Part shown: in pieces, positions 25,301 to 33,586 of the stretch | Position numbering within the stretch: position 1 is the first letter of the stretch | How the letters are laid out: each line of letters begins with the position of its first letter | From: Verrucomicrobiota bacterium | GTDB taxonomy: Bacteria > Verrucomicrobiota > Verrucomicrobiia > Opitutales > Opitutaceae | NCBI GenBank assembly: GCA_031392885.1 | Contig: JANMVS010000396.1 | Span: 1 to 34,551, forward strand | DNA: 34,551 nt | Direction of reading: 5' to 3' | Position numbers and translations under genes: made by a program | The notes under the pieces: generated by a model | What the model saw: the letters and a program-made list of their open reading frames with translations, nothing else | Told to the model about the DNA's origin: nothing | Database searches by the model: none

Positions 25301-25946
25301 CGGAATATTCCTTTCGCAGCGGGACGGCACATTCCGCTTTGCGGCGCTGCCCCGGCTGGCCCAGATCGCCCCCGTCCACGGCATCGCCGCCGGCGATTTC
25401 GACGGGGACGGCCGCGCCGACCTCATGCTCGTCGGCAACTCTTATGCGCCGATTCCCGAGACCGGCCGGTTCGACGGCGGCCTCGGCTGGCTCTTGCGCG
25501 GGGATGGGGCGGGCGGTTTCACCCCGGTGCCGCCGGCCGAGAGCGGATTCATCGTCCCCGGCGACGCCCGCGCTCTGGCTGTGACCGATTTCAACCAGGA
25601 TGGCTGGCCGGATGTTTTCGTGACGCGTAACAACGACCTTCCACTAACCTTGCTCAACCGCAGCCAACCCGGCCGGCACAGCTTCGGCGTGGCGCTCCGC
25701 GGTGCTTCCGGAAATCCGGCGGCGGTCGGCGCCCGCCTCACGCTGCAGCTCGCCGACGAGTCGACCCAGACCGCTGAAGTCAGCGCCGGCTCGGGTTATT
25801 TGTCGCAATCGAGCGCGACGGTGTTCTTCGGTTACCCGGATTCTGCTCTGCCCGTGCGGCTCCGGATTCGCTGGCCGGATGGCCGTGAAACCGAGCGGGC
25901 GTTTACGGCTCCGCCGCCCAAACTCCTGCGTCTCTCCCGGCCATGA
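22341..25946 (+). CDS. Secreted FG-GAP/VCBS-repeat protein with two ASPIC/UnbV domains (CRTAC1-like, tandem modules)
   Basis: Many DxD/NxDGxxD Ca-binding repeats (GDFDGDGRPD, DVNNDGWLD, DYDRDGWLD and others); UnbV-like domains NRFGIGATV...GYLSTSEPIVHFGLG...VEWPSG (about 23880-24130) and NPAAVGARL...GYLSQS...IRWPDG (about 25680-25940). The ORF-track ATG at 22284 lies inside the MITE end, so 22341 is preferred. Confidence 0.85.
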   Translation: MFAHPGILYPRRLFHGLGLGLMAAMGVCAGLATAGEGTTDPPSVPLAVRSGPRGPTLFTTLPSEQTGLKAGNAYDDPAMWRQLYHEFNSGAIGTGVAIGDFDGDGRPDVFVVSKTGPNHLFRNLGGFRFEDVTVRAGVAGPAGAWKQGAAFADVNNDGWLDIYVCRFGAPNLLYVNQGDGTFREEAAARGLALVDASNMAAFCDYDRDGWLDVYIQTNLLDAARRPNGQRDHLLHNNRDGTFTEVTNAAGIAGETQGHSATWWDFDEDGWPDLYVANDFAQPDQLYRNNRNGTFTNVLSLVVPHTPHFSMGADLGDLNNDGHLDLLVADMAATTRYKDHRGMATLRSALPEDEQHPQAAPQYMQSALFLGTGAGRVLEAAHLAGLQATDWTFGVRFEDLDLDGRLDVYFTNGMAREFSNSDLVQQSMTAGSLAERSRIMRLSPTLAERHLAFRNLGDLRFENVSAAWGLDHLGVGFGAAFGDLDGDGDLDLVFASYDGELTVCRNDADSGHAVVFDLRGTASNRFGIGATVRIETADGRQMRTLTLARGYLSTSEPIVHFGLGPQTVIQRLTVEWPSGRRQTFHDLAADRRYTLTEPAEDPAGSLPVRPTPMFTEAGAAANLDLPNHELPRDELRQQPLLPFRFNRPGPAVACADFDGDGEDDLALGGVSGESGHLLSNLGGGQFLTYGANVFGENASVADGPILALDVDADGDLDLLVTKAGVAVPADDPAYQPHLWLNDGRGRFAPAPVGMLPALPISVGAVAAADFEHTGRIGIFIGGRIVPGRYPQPPRSVLLAWRDGRYADVTAEFAPALTARGMVTAALWSDVDGDGWPDLLVAYDWGPVGCYRNVNGKHFEDVTEKLGFASAGTGWWRSLAAADFNGDGRPDYVVGNIGLNTRYHATTAEPAVLYAHVALIGAAPQLVEAQAEGGKWYPLRPRDMLVRVFPSLLRRFPTAESYAKATLEEVFPAATLATAAKLVATELQSGIFLSQRDGTFRFAALPRLAQIAPVHGIAAGDFDGDGRADLMLVGNSYAPIPETGRFDGGLGWLLRGDGAGGFTPVPPAESGFIVPGDARALAVTDFNQDGWPDVFVTRNNDLPLTLLNRSQPGRHSFGVALRGASGNPAAVGARLTLQLADESTQTAEVSAGSGYLSQSSATVFFGYPDSALPVRLRIRWPDGRETERAFTAPPPKLLRLSRP

Positions 25947-26005
25947 AAACCCGTCCCCGTCCGGCAGCATCGCAGCATAAAACCTCGTGAACCCGACCCT
26001 AATCC

Positions 26006-28300
26006 ATGCGCACCTGGCCTATCATTCTTGGCGTCAATCTGATTGCCGCTTGCCCCGTCCGGGCTGAAAAATCCGCCGTGTCTGCCGAACTTCCGCCTCC
26101 CTACCGCCAGGCCGCGCTACCCCGCGAGCAGCGCATCGCCGATCTGCTCGATCGCATGACGCCAGAGGAGAAATTCGACCAGTTGCACCAGGCCGGCACC
26201 GGTGACGCCAACCCCAACAATCTCGCGAGCCGTGCGGACGATCTCCGCGCGACCTACGGTTCATTTATCCTTGGCGGACCGCAGTTGATCCGCGAGACCC
26301 GCAATGCGCTCCAACGGCGCGCAGTCCACGGGACGCGCCTGGGCATCCCCGCGCTCTTCGGCGCCGATGTCATCCACGGTTACCGGGCGATCACGCCGAT
26401 TCCGCTGGCGCAAGCCTGCACCTGGGATCCCGGCCTCGTCGAACGCGGCTGCGCGATGACCGCAGCGGTGACGCGTGCCCAGGGCATCGACTGGACGTTC
26501 GCGCCGATGGTGGATCATTGCATCGATGCGCGCTGGGGGCGCATCGCCGAAACCTTCGGCGAGTCCCCCTATGCGTCGGGCGTCTATGCCGCCGCGTCCG
26601 TGCGGGGTTTTCAGGGCGCAAGCCTCGACCGGCCCGACACGATCGCGGCCTGTTTGAAACATTACGTCGGGTATGGCGCGGCCGAAGGGGGGCGTGACTA
26701 TAGCTACACGGAAATCTCGCCGCAAACTCTCTGGGAAATGCACCTGCCTTCGTTCGAGGCCGGCGTGCAGGCCGGCGCCCGCGCGGTGATGAGCGCCTTC
26801 AACGACCTCAGCGGCGTGCCCACCAGCGCCAACCGTTACACGCTGACCGAAATTCTGCGGAACCGCTGGGGTTTCACCGGGCTCGTGGTTTCCGACTGGA
26901 ATTCCGTGCTCCAACTCACCCATCAGGGCTTCGCCGCAAGCGGCGCAGAGGCGGCGCAGAAGGCGATCAACGCCGGCGTGGACCTTAACATGGCCGACGG
27001 CCTGTACCGGATGTACCTGCCGTCGTTGCTGGTTTCTGGTGGAGTCACGATGGCCACGGTCGACGAGGCCGTGCGCCGGGTCCTGCGGGTGAAGTTTGAG
27101 CTCGGCCTCTTCGAGCATCCGTACACCGAATCGTCAGCGCTTGCCGGCGCGGCGCCCACCGCCGCGCAGTTAGAACTCACCGAGGAACTGGCCGCTCGCT
27201 CCATCGTGCTCTTGAAAAACACCGGCGTGCTGCCTCTGCCCGCCAGCGCGAAAAACATCGCGCTCATCGGTCCTTTGGCGCGCAACAGCGGTGCGCTGCT
27301 CGGCTCGTGGGCCCAGCAGGGCCGGCCCGAGGAAACGCCGAACATCGAGGACGCCCTCCGGGAGCGTCTTCCGGCCGGCGCCGTCCTGCGCACGACCCCG
27401 GGAGGCACGGTCGACGGCAAGGGTCCGGATGATCTGGCCGCCGCCGTCGCGGTCGCGCGCGAGTCTGATCTCGTGATACTATGTGTCGGCGAGGAGGCCG
27501 GCATGAGTGGCGAAAACGCCGCGCGGTCCACCCTGCGACTCGCCGGCCGTCAGGCGGAACTAGCCCTGGCGGTCGCCGCGACCGGCCGGCCCGTTGTGCT
27601 CGTCATCGTGTCCGGTCGCCCCATCGAGCTGCAGGTCTTGGAGGAAAAGATGGGCGCCATCGTCGCCGCCTGGCAGGGCGGCAGCCGCGCCGGGGCCGCC
27701 CTCGCGGATATCCTGCTGGGCCGGCGCAATCCCTCTGGCCGCCTCGCCGTGACCTGGCCGCGCACCACCGGCCAGATCCCGATCTACCACAACATGCGGC
27801 CGCGGGCGCGCCTCGGTCAGGAAGGGGCCTACCAGGACATCGCCACGACCCCGCTCTATGAATTCGGGCATGGCCTGAGTTACACCACCTTTAGCTACGG
27901 TCCGCTACTCCTCGACCACCACCCCATTAAGGGGAAGCTGCTGGACCCGAAGACGTCCATGAATAGTCCGCTCCGCACCGAGCGCTCCACCATCAAGGCC
28001 GGCGAACAGCTCGTCGCCGAGACCACGGTCACCAACACCGGCACGCGGGAGGGCGTGGAGACGGTCTTCTGGTATATCCGCGATCCCGTGGCCAGCATCA
28101 CCCGCCCGCTCAAGGAGCTGAAATATTTCGAGCAGGCCTCGATTGCCCCGGGTGCCAGCCACGTGTTCCGCTTCGTGATCGACCCGCTGCGCGATCTTTC
28201 CTTCCCTGACGCCGACGGCCGGCGCCGGCTCGAATCCGGTTCCTTCGAGGTGACGGCCGGCCCGCTGCATCATCGCGTCGGCTTCAACCTCGCCCCCTGA
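26006..28300 (+). CDS. GH3 beta-glucosidase (BglX-like), probably periplasmic
   Basis: [26 protein letters not shown], nucleophile motif [35 protein letters not shown]-terminal Fn3-like domain; short signal peptide. Confidence 0.93.
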   Translation: MRTWPIILGVNLIAACPVRAEKSAVSAELPPPYRQAALPREQRIADLLDRMTPEEKFDQLHQAGTGDANPNNLASRADDLRATYGSFILGGPQLIRETRNALQRRAVHGTRLGIPALFGADVIHGYRAITPIPLAQACTWDPGLVERGCAMTAAVTRAQGIDWTFAPMVDHCIDARWGRIAETFGESPYASGVYAAASVRGFQGASLDRPDTIAACLKHYVGYGAAEGGRDYSYTEISPQTLWEMHLPSFEAGVQAGARAVMSAFNDLSGVPTSANRYTLTEILRNRWGFTGLVVSDWNSVLQLTHQGFAASGAEAAQKAINAGVDLNMADGLYRMYLPSLLVSGGVTMATVDEAVRRVLRVKFELGLFEHPYTESSALAGAAPTAAQLELTEELAARSIVLLKNTGVLPLPASAKNIALIGPLARNSGALLGSWAQQGRPEETPNIEDALRERLPAGAVLRTTPGGTVDGKGPDDLAAAVAVARESDLVILCVGEEAGMSGENAARSTLRLAGRQAELALAVAATGRPVVLVIVSGRPIELQVLEEKMGAIVAAWQGGSRAGAALADILLGRRNPSGRLAVTWPRTTGQIPIYHNMRPRARLGQEGAYQDIATTPLYEFGHGLSYTTFSYGPLLLDHHPIKGKLLDPKTSMNSPLRTERSTIKAGEQLVAETTVTNTGTREGVETVFWYIRDPVASITRPLKELKYFEQASIAPGASHVFRFVIDPLRDLSFPDADGRRRLESGSFEVTAGPLHHRVGFNLAP

Positions 28301-28352
28301 ATCGGCCCCCCCTGCGCCGCACCCCCTCCTCAGCCCCTTAACCCCATTCCCC

Positions 28353-29465
28353 ATGGCGCAAGTCATCATCTCCCAACTAACGAAGAAATTTCCCGACAAG
28401 TCCGGCACCGAGGTCGTGGCCGTGAAGTCCATCGACCTGACGATTGCGGACCGTGAGTTCATGGTGCTGGTCGGTCCCTCCGGCTGCGGCAAGAGCACGA
28501 CGCTGCGCATGGTCGCCGGCCTGGAGGAAATCTCCGGCGGCAGCGTGGCCATTGACGGCCGGGTGGTGAACCAGGTCGCGCCCAAGGACCGGGACATCGC
28601 GATGGTTTTCCAGAACTACGCCCTCTACCCGCATATGAGCGTGTACGAAAACATGGCGTTCGGGCTGAGGCTGCGCAATTTTCCAAAAGTGGAGATCGAC
28701 CAGCGCGTCCGCGAGGCCGCGATGCTGCTCGGCTTGGAAAACCTGCTCGAGCGCAAACCCAAGGCCCTCTCCGGCGGCCAGCGCCAGCGCGTCGCCGTCG
28801 GCCGCGCCATTGTGCGCAAGCCCAAGGTCTTCCTTTTCGACGAGCCGCTCTCCAACCTCGACGCCAAGATGCGCGTCTCGATGCGCACCGAGATCATCAA
28901 GCTTCATGCCCGGCTGAACGCGACGATGATCTACGTCACCCACGACCAAATGGAGGCGATGACGATGGGCGACCGCATCTGCGTGATGAAGGACGGCAGC
29001 ATCATGCAGGTCGATACGCCGCTCGAACTCTACCGCCGGCCGGCCAACTTGTTCGTCGCCGGTTTCATCGGCTCGCCGCCGATGAATTTTTTCAAGGGCA
29101 CAATCCGGACCGGCCCAGGGAAAACGGAGTTCGTCGAGGATAACCTGGCCGGTTCCCCGCTGGTGCTGGCTTTGCCGGAACGCATGTCGGCTGCCACCGG
29201 TGCTTACGCCGGTCGGTCTGTTGTCTTCGGCGTGCGGCCCGAGGGCATCCTTCTCGCCGCGACTTCCGCTCACGCCACGGTGAAGGTTGAACGGAGCGAG
29301 CCGATGGGCGCTGAGACCTTCCTCCACCTCACCACGGGGGCATCCTCCTTCATTGCCCGGGCTGGTGCCGAAATCGACTATCCGCCGGGAACCATGCTTC
29401 ACATTAATTTCGACCTCGGCCGGGCCGTCCTCTTTGACGCCGCCACCGAAGCTAGCATCACCTAG
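28353..29465 (+). CDS. Sugar ABC transporter ATP-binding subunit (MalK/MsmK/UgpC family)
   Basis: Walker [50 protein letters not shown]-terminal TOBE domain. Confidence 0.97.
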   Translation: MAQVIISQLTKKFPDKSGTEVVAVKSIDLTIADREFMVLVGPSGCGKSTTLRMVAGLEEISGGSVAIDGRVVNQVAPKDRDIAMVFQNYALYPHMSVYENMAFGLRLRNFPKVEIDQRVREAAMLLGLENLLERKPKALSGGQRQRVAVGRAIVRKPKVFLFDEPLSNLDAKMRVSMRTEIIKLHARLNATMIYVTHDQMEAMTMGDRICVMKDGSIMQVDTPLELYRRPANLFVAGFIGSPPMNFFKGTIRTGPGKTEFVEDNLAGSPLVLALPERMSAATGAYAGRSVVFGVRPEGILLAATSAHATVKVERSEPMGAETFLHLTTGASSFIARAGAEIDYPPGTMLHINFDLGRAVLFDAATEASIT

Positions 29466-29609
29466 CCCGGATATTTCACCCGTTTCTCGCAACCGATACC
29501 ACACCCTGTGCCAAATCTTTTTCCGCATTCACGGCTGCTCGGGATATCCGGGCTGAGAGTCGTCGAGCACCGCCAAAACTTCGCGACAAGTGTGAAATAT
29601 GCGGGCTAG
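29462..29609. mobile_element. MITE copy 2 (148 bp including both CTAG)
   Basis: Same terminal inverted repeats and orientation as copy 1 but lacks 69 internal bp; its left CTAG contains the ATPase stop codon TAG (29463-29465). Confidence 0.85.
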
Positions 29610-29627
29610 CCAGTCAACCCATCCTCC

Positions 29628-31835
29628 ATGCATCCGATCCTACCCTGCCCCACCAGCCGTTTCCTCCAGCCGGCACTCTGCGCCCTGTCCCTGCTCCTCG
29701 CCACCGGGGCGAACGCGGCGACTTACGACGAGCATGTCCTCTTCGCGAATGCCCCGGCCAGCGGCGGATATGCGTCCAGTGAAACCTCCCTCGTCGCACC
29801 GAGCACACTCGAGACGGCCGACGGCCGGTTTCCGGTCACGACGGAACACTACGTCAGCCCGCCCAATGCCCTGCGGCTGCACTGGAAATCCGCCGAGGGT
29901 GGCGACTGGCAGATGAAATTGCGCGCAGTGGGCCGCGACTGGCGCAAGTTTGAAGTGGTGGGGGACACCCTCGCCTTCTGGTGCTATGCCGACAGTGAAA
30001 TCACTGCCGCCAACTCACCCCGGGTGTACCTGCAGGAGAGCGGCGGGATGGGATCGGTCTCACTTACCCTTGTGCAGGGCGATGCGCGCATCCCGGCGGG
30101 GCAATGGGTCCGGGTTAAGCTGCAGTTCGAGCCCAAGGACCTGCTCTACCACAGCACCAGCGACAAGGTTTTCCACCTCCGCGACGCCGTCAGCCTCACT
30201 TTCGTCCAAGGTCTCGATGACGGAGTCGAGCACACCCTCTATCTGGACGATTTCATGGTGGTTGACAGCACCGTTGTGGACACCACCCCGCCGCCCGCGC
30301 CCGGCGGCGTCGGGGTGCGGGGTTACGAGCGTCACTGTGACCTGACCTGGCGGGCCAGCACGGCCGCCGACCTTCTCGCGTACCGGATCTACCGCTCGAC
30401 GGACGGGAAAAGCTTCACGGCGGTCGGCACGCAGCGGGGCGACTGGACGCGCTACGAGGATTTCAGCGACGGACCGGGACATACATACTACTACAAGGTG
30501 AGCGCCCTGGATGTCGCCGGCAACGAGTCACCGCTCTCGGAGGGCGCCAGCGGCACCACCAGGATAATGAGCGACGACGAGCTCCTCACCATGGTGCAAG
30601 CGGGCTGCTTCCGCTATTATTGGGAGGCGGGCCATCCGAACGCGGGCCTGGCACCGGAAATCACCCCCGGGGACGAAAACCTGCTGGCCGTCGGCGGCAA
30701 TGGCTTCGGCATCATGGCGCTGCTGGTCGCAACTGACCGGCAGTTCGTCTCACGCGACCAAGGGGCCGGGCGCATGCTCAAGATCGTCCGGTTTCTCGCG
30801 CGGGCCGATCGCTTCCACGGGGCTTGGGCGCACTTCCTCGACGGACGAACGGGCAAGGCCATACCGTATTTTGGAAAATACGACGATGGCGGCGATTTGG
30901 TCGAGACTGCCTTTGCCATCCAGGGCCTGCTGGCCGCGCGGCAGTATTTTGACCGCGACACACCCGCCGAGCGGGAGATTCGCGACACCGCCACGCGGCT
31001 GTGGCGGGAGGTCGAGTGGGACTGGTACCGCCAGACGCCGGACAGCGATGTGCTCTACTGGCACTGGTCGCCCAACCACGGCTACCACATCGGCCACCCC
31101 CTGATCGGCTGGAATGAGACGATGATCATCTACCTCCTGGCCATCGCCTCGCCCACCCATCCCGTGCCGGCCAGCCTGTGGCATACCGGTTGGGCGGGAC
31201 AGTCTGAGCGCCACGTGCGCTATCGGCAGGGCTGGAGCCGCACGACCGACGGCGACCACTTCACGAACGGGCACAGCTACTACGGCATCAAGCTCGAGGT
31301 TGGCGAGGGCAACGGTGCCGAGTTATTCTTCACCCATTTCTCCTTCATGGGCTTCGATCCCCGGGGCTGGCGTGACCGCTACACAAACTACTTCACCAAC
31401 AACCGGGCCATCGCCCAGATCCAGCAGGCCTACGCCGTCGAGAACCCGCGGAAATTCCTCGGCTATGGCGCGGATTGCTGGGGCCGTTCCGCCGGCGTCA
31501 ATGCCGGCGGCGGTCGCGCGCTGCCGCGCGATGACAACGGCACGATCAACATCATGGCGTCCTTGTCCTCGATGCCCTATACGCCCGAAGCCTCTCTGGC
31601 CGCACTGCGGCATTTCTACCGCGACCTCGGCGCAAAGACCTGGGGCCTCTATGGCTTCCACGACGGCTTCAACGAGACGCAGAATTGGTTCGATGAGGAT
31701 TACATGGCGCTGAACCAGGCGCCGATTGTCGTGATGATCGAGAACTACCGCACCGGACTCATTTGGAAAAATTTCATGGCCAATCCGGAGATTGCGCCCG
31801 CCCTCAAGGCGATTGGTTTCCGCCCGGACAAGTAA
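29628..31835 (+). CDS. GH144 endo-beta-1,2-glucanase (CpSGL-like) with an N-terminal CBM-like beta-sandwich and an Fn3 domain
   Basis: Signal peptide; ALRLHW...TLAFW...WVRVKL...TLYLDDF beta-sandwich; Fn3 YRIYRS...[15 protein letters not shown]; catalytic domain [61 protein letters not shown]. Confidence 0.9.
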   Translation: MHPILPCPTSRFLQPALCALSLLLATGANAATYDEHVLFANAPASGGYASSETSLVAPSTLETADGRFPVTTEHYVSPPNALRLHWKSAEGGDWQMKLRAVGRDWRKFEVVGDTLAFWCYADSEITAANSPRVYLQESGGMGSVSLTLVQGDARIPAGQWVRVKLQFEPKDLLYHSTSDKVFHLRDAVSLTFVQGLDDGVEHTLYLDDFMVVDSTVVDTTPPPAPGGVGVRGYERHCDLTWRASTAADLLAYRIYRSTDGKSFTAVGTQRGDWTRYEDFSDGPGHTYYYKVSALDVAGNESPLSEGASGTTRIMSDDELLTMVQAGCFRYYWEAGHPNAGLAPEITPGDENLLAVGGNGFGIMALLVATDRQFVSRDQGAGRMLKIVRFLARADRFHGAWAHFLDGRTGKAIPYFGKYDDGGDLVETAFAIQGLLAARQYFDRDTPAEREIRDTATRLWREVEWDWYRQTPDSDVLYWHWSPNHGYHIGHPLIGWNETMIIYLLAIASPTHPVPASLWHTGWAGQSERHVRYRQGWSRTTDGDHFTNGHSYYGIKLEVGEGNGAELFFTHFSFMGFDPRGWRDRYTNYFTNNRAIAQIQQAYAVENPRKFLGYGADCWGRSAGVNAGGGRALPRDDNGTINIMASLSSMPYTPEASLAALRHFYRDLGAKTWGLYGFHDGFNETQNWFDEDYMALNQAPIVVMIENYRTGLIWKNFMANPEIAPALKAIGFRPDK

Positions 31836-31854
31836 TCCCCCGGGCGGCATTTTA

Positions 31855-31956
31855 GGTGAAACGCGGGCCCCCTCCGTCGCCAAGGCGATGGCGGACACGC
31901 TGGACGCGTTGCCGCTCGGCCTTTCAAGCCAACCCGTCTGGCGGCCGGGTTCCACC
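31855..31956. repeat. GTGG-type REP doublet whose left arm is interrupted by a second palindromic element (31868-31897)
   Basis: Left arm reconstituted as GGTGAAACGCGGG + CGCTGGACGCGTT matches the reverse complement of the right arm 31931-31956 at 20/26; inner hairpin CGTCGCC-AA-GGCGATG. Confidence 0.6.
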
Positions 31957-32113
31957 ATTCAATGCGTCAATCCAACCGCCCGATCCCCGCTAAGCCAAAA
32001 GCCATGCAGTTGAACCACCGCTGGACACAAATCCACCCAGATTAGGGGGTTTTTTCAAACCCGCGTTCGCGGAAAATCGCAAGCTTCGAGCGGTGTGGAG
32101 GAGGAGGCAAACG

Positions 32114-32173
32114 GTAGGCGGGGCTTTATGCCCCGAGGCCTGCGTTGAAATCGGGGCGTAAAGCCCCTCCTGC
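32114..32173. repeat. Intergenic GTAG-type REP doublet related to the TrmH insert
   Basis: GTAGGCGGGGCTTTATGCCCCGA vs TCGGGGCGTAAAGCCCCTCCTGC, 20/23 inverted identity; same TTTAY loop as 744-804. Confidence 0.85.
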
Positions 32174-32289
32174 AGCCGCAGCAACCGGAGCAAGACCCGC
32201 GACATTGGCCCTCTGGGAATAAAGGACTTCGCATCGGGCGAAAACTTCCCCCTACTGGGAGGCTCACTCTGTTCCCACCGAAACGACTC

Positions 32290-32376
32290 ATGTCCTGTCT
32301 GAACTTCGCTCTCGAAAGCGCCACAACCCGTACCAATGCTTTGGAAGCGAAGATTTCCGAGGAAACTTTTCACGGG
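32290..32376 (+). pseudogene. Decayed duplicate of the tgt 5' end
   Basis: 32290-32317 is 24/28 identical to 33587-33614; reads MSCLNFALESATTRTNALEAKISEETFHG vs Tgt MSRLNFTLEKTASGSKARAAKFQTLHG. Confidence 0.75.
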
Positions 32377-32468
32377 CCAGATGGCAAGATCAAGGCATTT
32401 TTGACCTTTCGCTTTCACTGCAAACCGGGATCTGGATCATACCCAGTACTACAACCCCTCTGAACAAA

Positions 32469-33494
32469 ATGACCGACGCGGAACTTCATCACCAACTGAC
32501 CGTCCTGCTGGCACGGCCAGCGGAGACGGAATGGGTGGAGTTCAAGGAAGCCAAGACTTCGTTAGATCTCGAAAAAATTGGCGAGTATTTCTCTGCCCTG
32601 AGCAATGAGGCCAACCTGAAGGGCCAAACCTCCGGTTGGTTGATCTTTGGTGTCACGGACAAACCGCCCCGCCGGATCGTCGGCACCAGTTGCCGGGCTG
32701 ACCGCTTTTCACTCGACGCATTGAAGAAACAGATTGCCGACCAGACGAGCAGCCGTCTGACGTTCGAAGAAATCCACGAGCTGATGCGGCCCGAGGGCCG
32801 GGTGTTGATGTTTCAAATCCCGGCGGCGTTGCGCGGGATGCCGACGGCATGGAAAGGGCATGAGTTTGGCCGGGACGGAGAATCCATCGGAGCCCTGAAT
32901 CACCGGGAACGGGAGAGCATCCGCCCTCAATCTGCCCGCGAAGATTGGTCGGCACAGCCGGTGCCGGGGGCGACGCTGGCAGATCTGGACCCTCAGGCGC
33001 TGACCTTTGCCCGCGAGCAATACCGGCAGAAGCATCCGACACAGGCCGGCGAACTGGCGGGCTGGGACGACGCCACGTTTCTCAACAAAGCCAAGGTCAC
33101 CAGTGGTCGCCGGATCACGCATACCGCCTTGCTCCTGCTTGGTTGCAAAGAGTCGGCGCATTTTCTTTCTCCTGCCCAAGCCCAGGTCACTTGGGTGCTG
33201 CGTGACGAGAAAAATATCGAAAAAGATTACCGGCATTTCGGCCTGCCGTTAATTCTGGCTGGCGATCAGGTGCTGGCGAAAATCCGTAATCTGATGGTGC
33301 GTCAGCTGCCCAGCGGCACGCTCTTTCCTCATGAGGTCACGCAATACGACCCGTGGGTCATCCGTGAAACGCTGCACAATTGCATCACGAATCTCCTACA
33401 AGAGATGCGGCTGGATGGCACCGTCATCCCGAACGGTACAACCCGATGGGCCAAATGGCGTATGTCTAAAACGACGGATAATCCCAACTTTTAG
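32469..33494 (+). CDS. Schlafen/AlbA_2-domain protein, apparently with the central HATPase (RecG C-terminal-like) domain deleted; possible pseudogene
   Basis: ETEWVEFKEA, YFSALSN, GWLIFGVTD, IVG, GRDGES are AlbA_2 motifs; YDPWVIRETLHNCI runs straight into the terminal TNLLQEMR...RWAKW segment. Confidence 0.8.
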   Translation: MTDAELHHQLTVLLARPAETEWVEFKEAKTSLDLEKIGEYFSALSNEANLKGQTSGWLIFGVTDKPPRRIVGTSCRADRFSLDALKKQIADQTSSRLTFEEIHELMRPEGRVLMFQIPAALRGMPTAWKGHEFGRDGESIGALNHRERESIRPQSAREDWSAQPVPGATLADLDPQALTFAREQYRQKHPTQAGELAGWDDATFLNKAKVTSGRRITHTALLLLGCKESAHFLSPAQAQVTWVLRDEKNIEKDYRHFGLPLILAGDQVLAKIRNLMVRQLPSGTLFPHEVTQYDPWVIRETLHNCITNLLQEMRLDGTVIPNGTTRWAKWRMSKTTDNPNF

Positions 33495-33586
33495 ACTTAC
33501 ATTTGGATATATTCCTGCATTCACCAAATAAGTAACACCGCAGAAATCAGGGTCTTATATATGTATATTTTCCGTCCAACCCACCT

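Noticed and set aside
32012-32043. AACCACCGCTGGACACAAATCCACCCAGAT, a possible decayed half of a 9-nt periodic repeat like 1146-1173
   Set aside because: No partner arm found and too degenerate to support.
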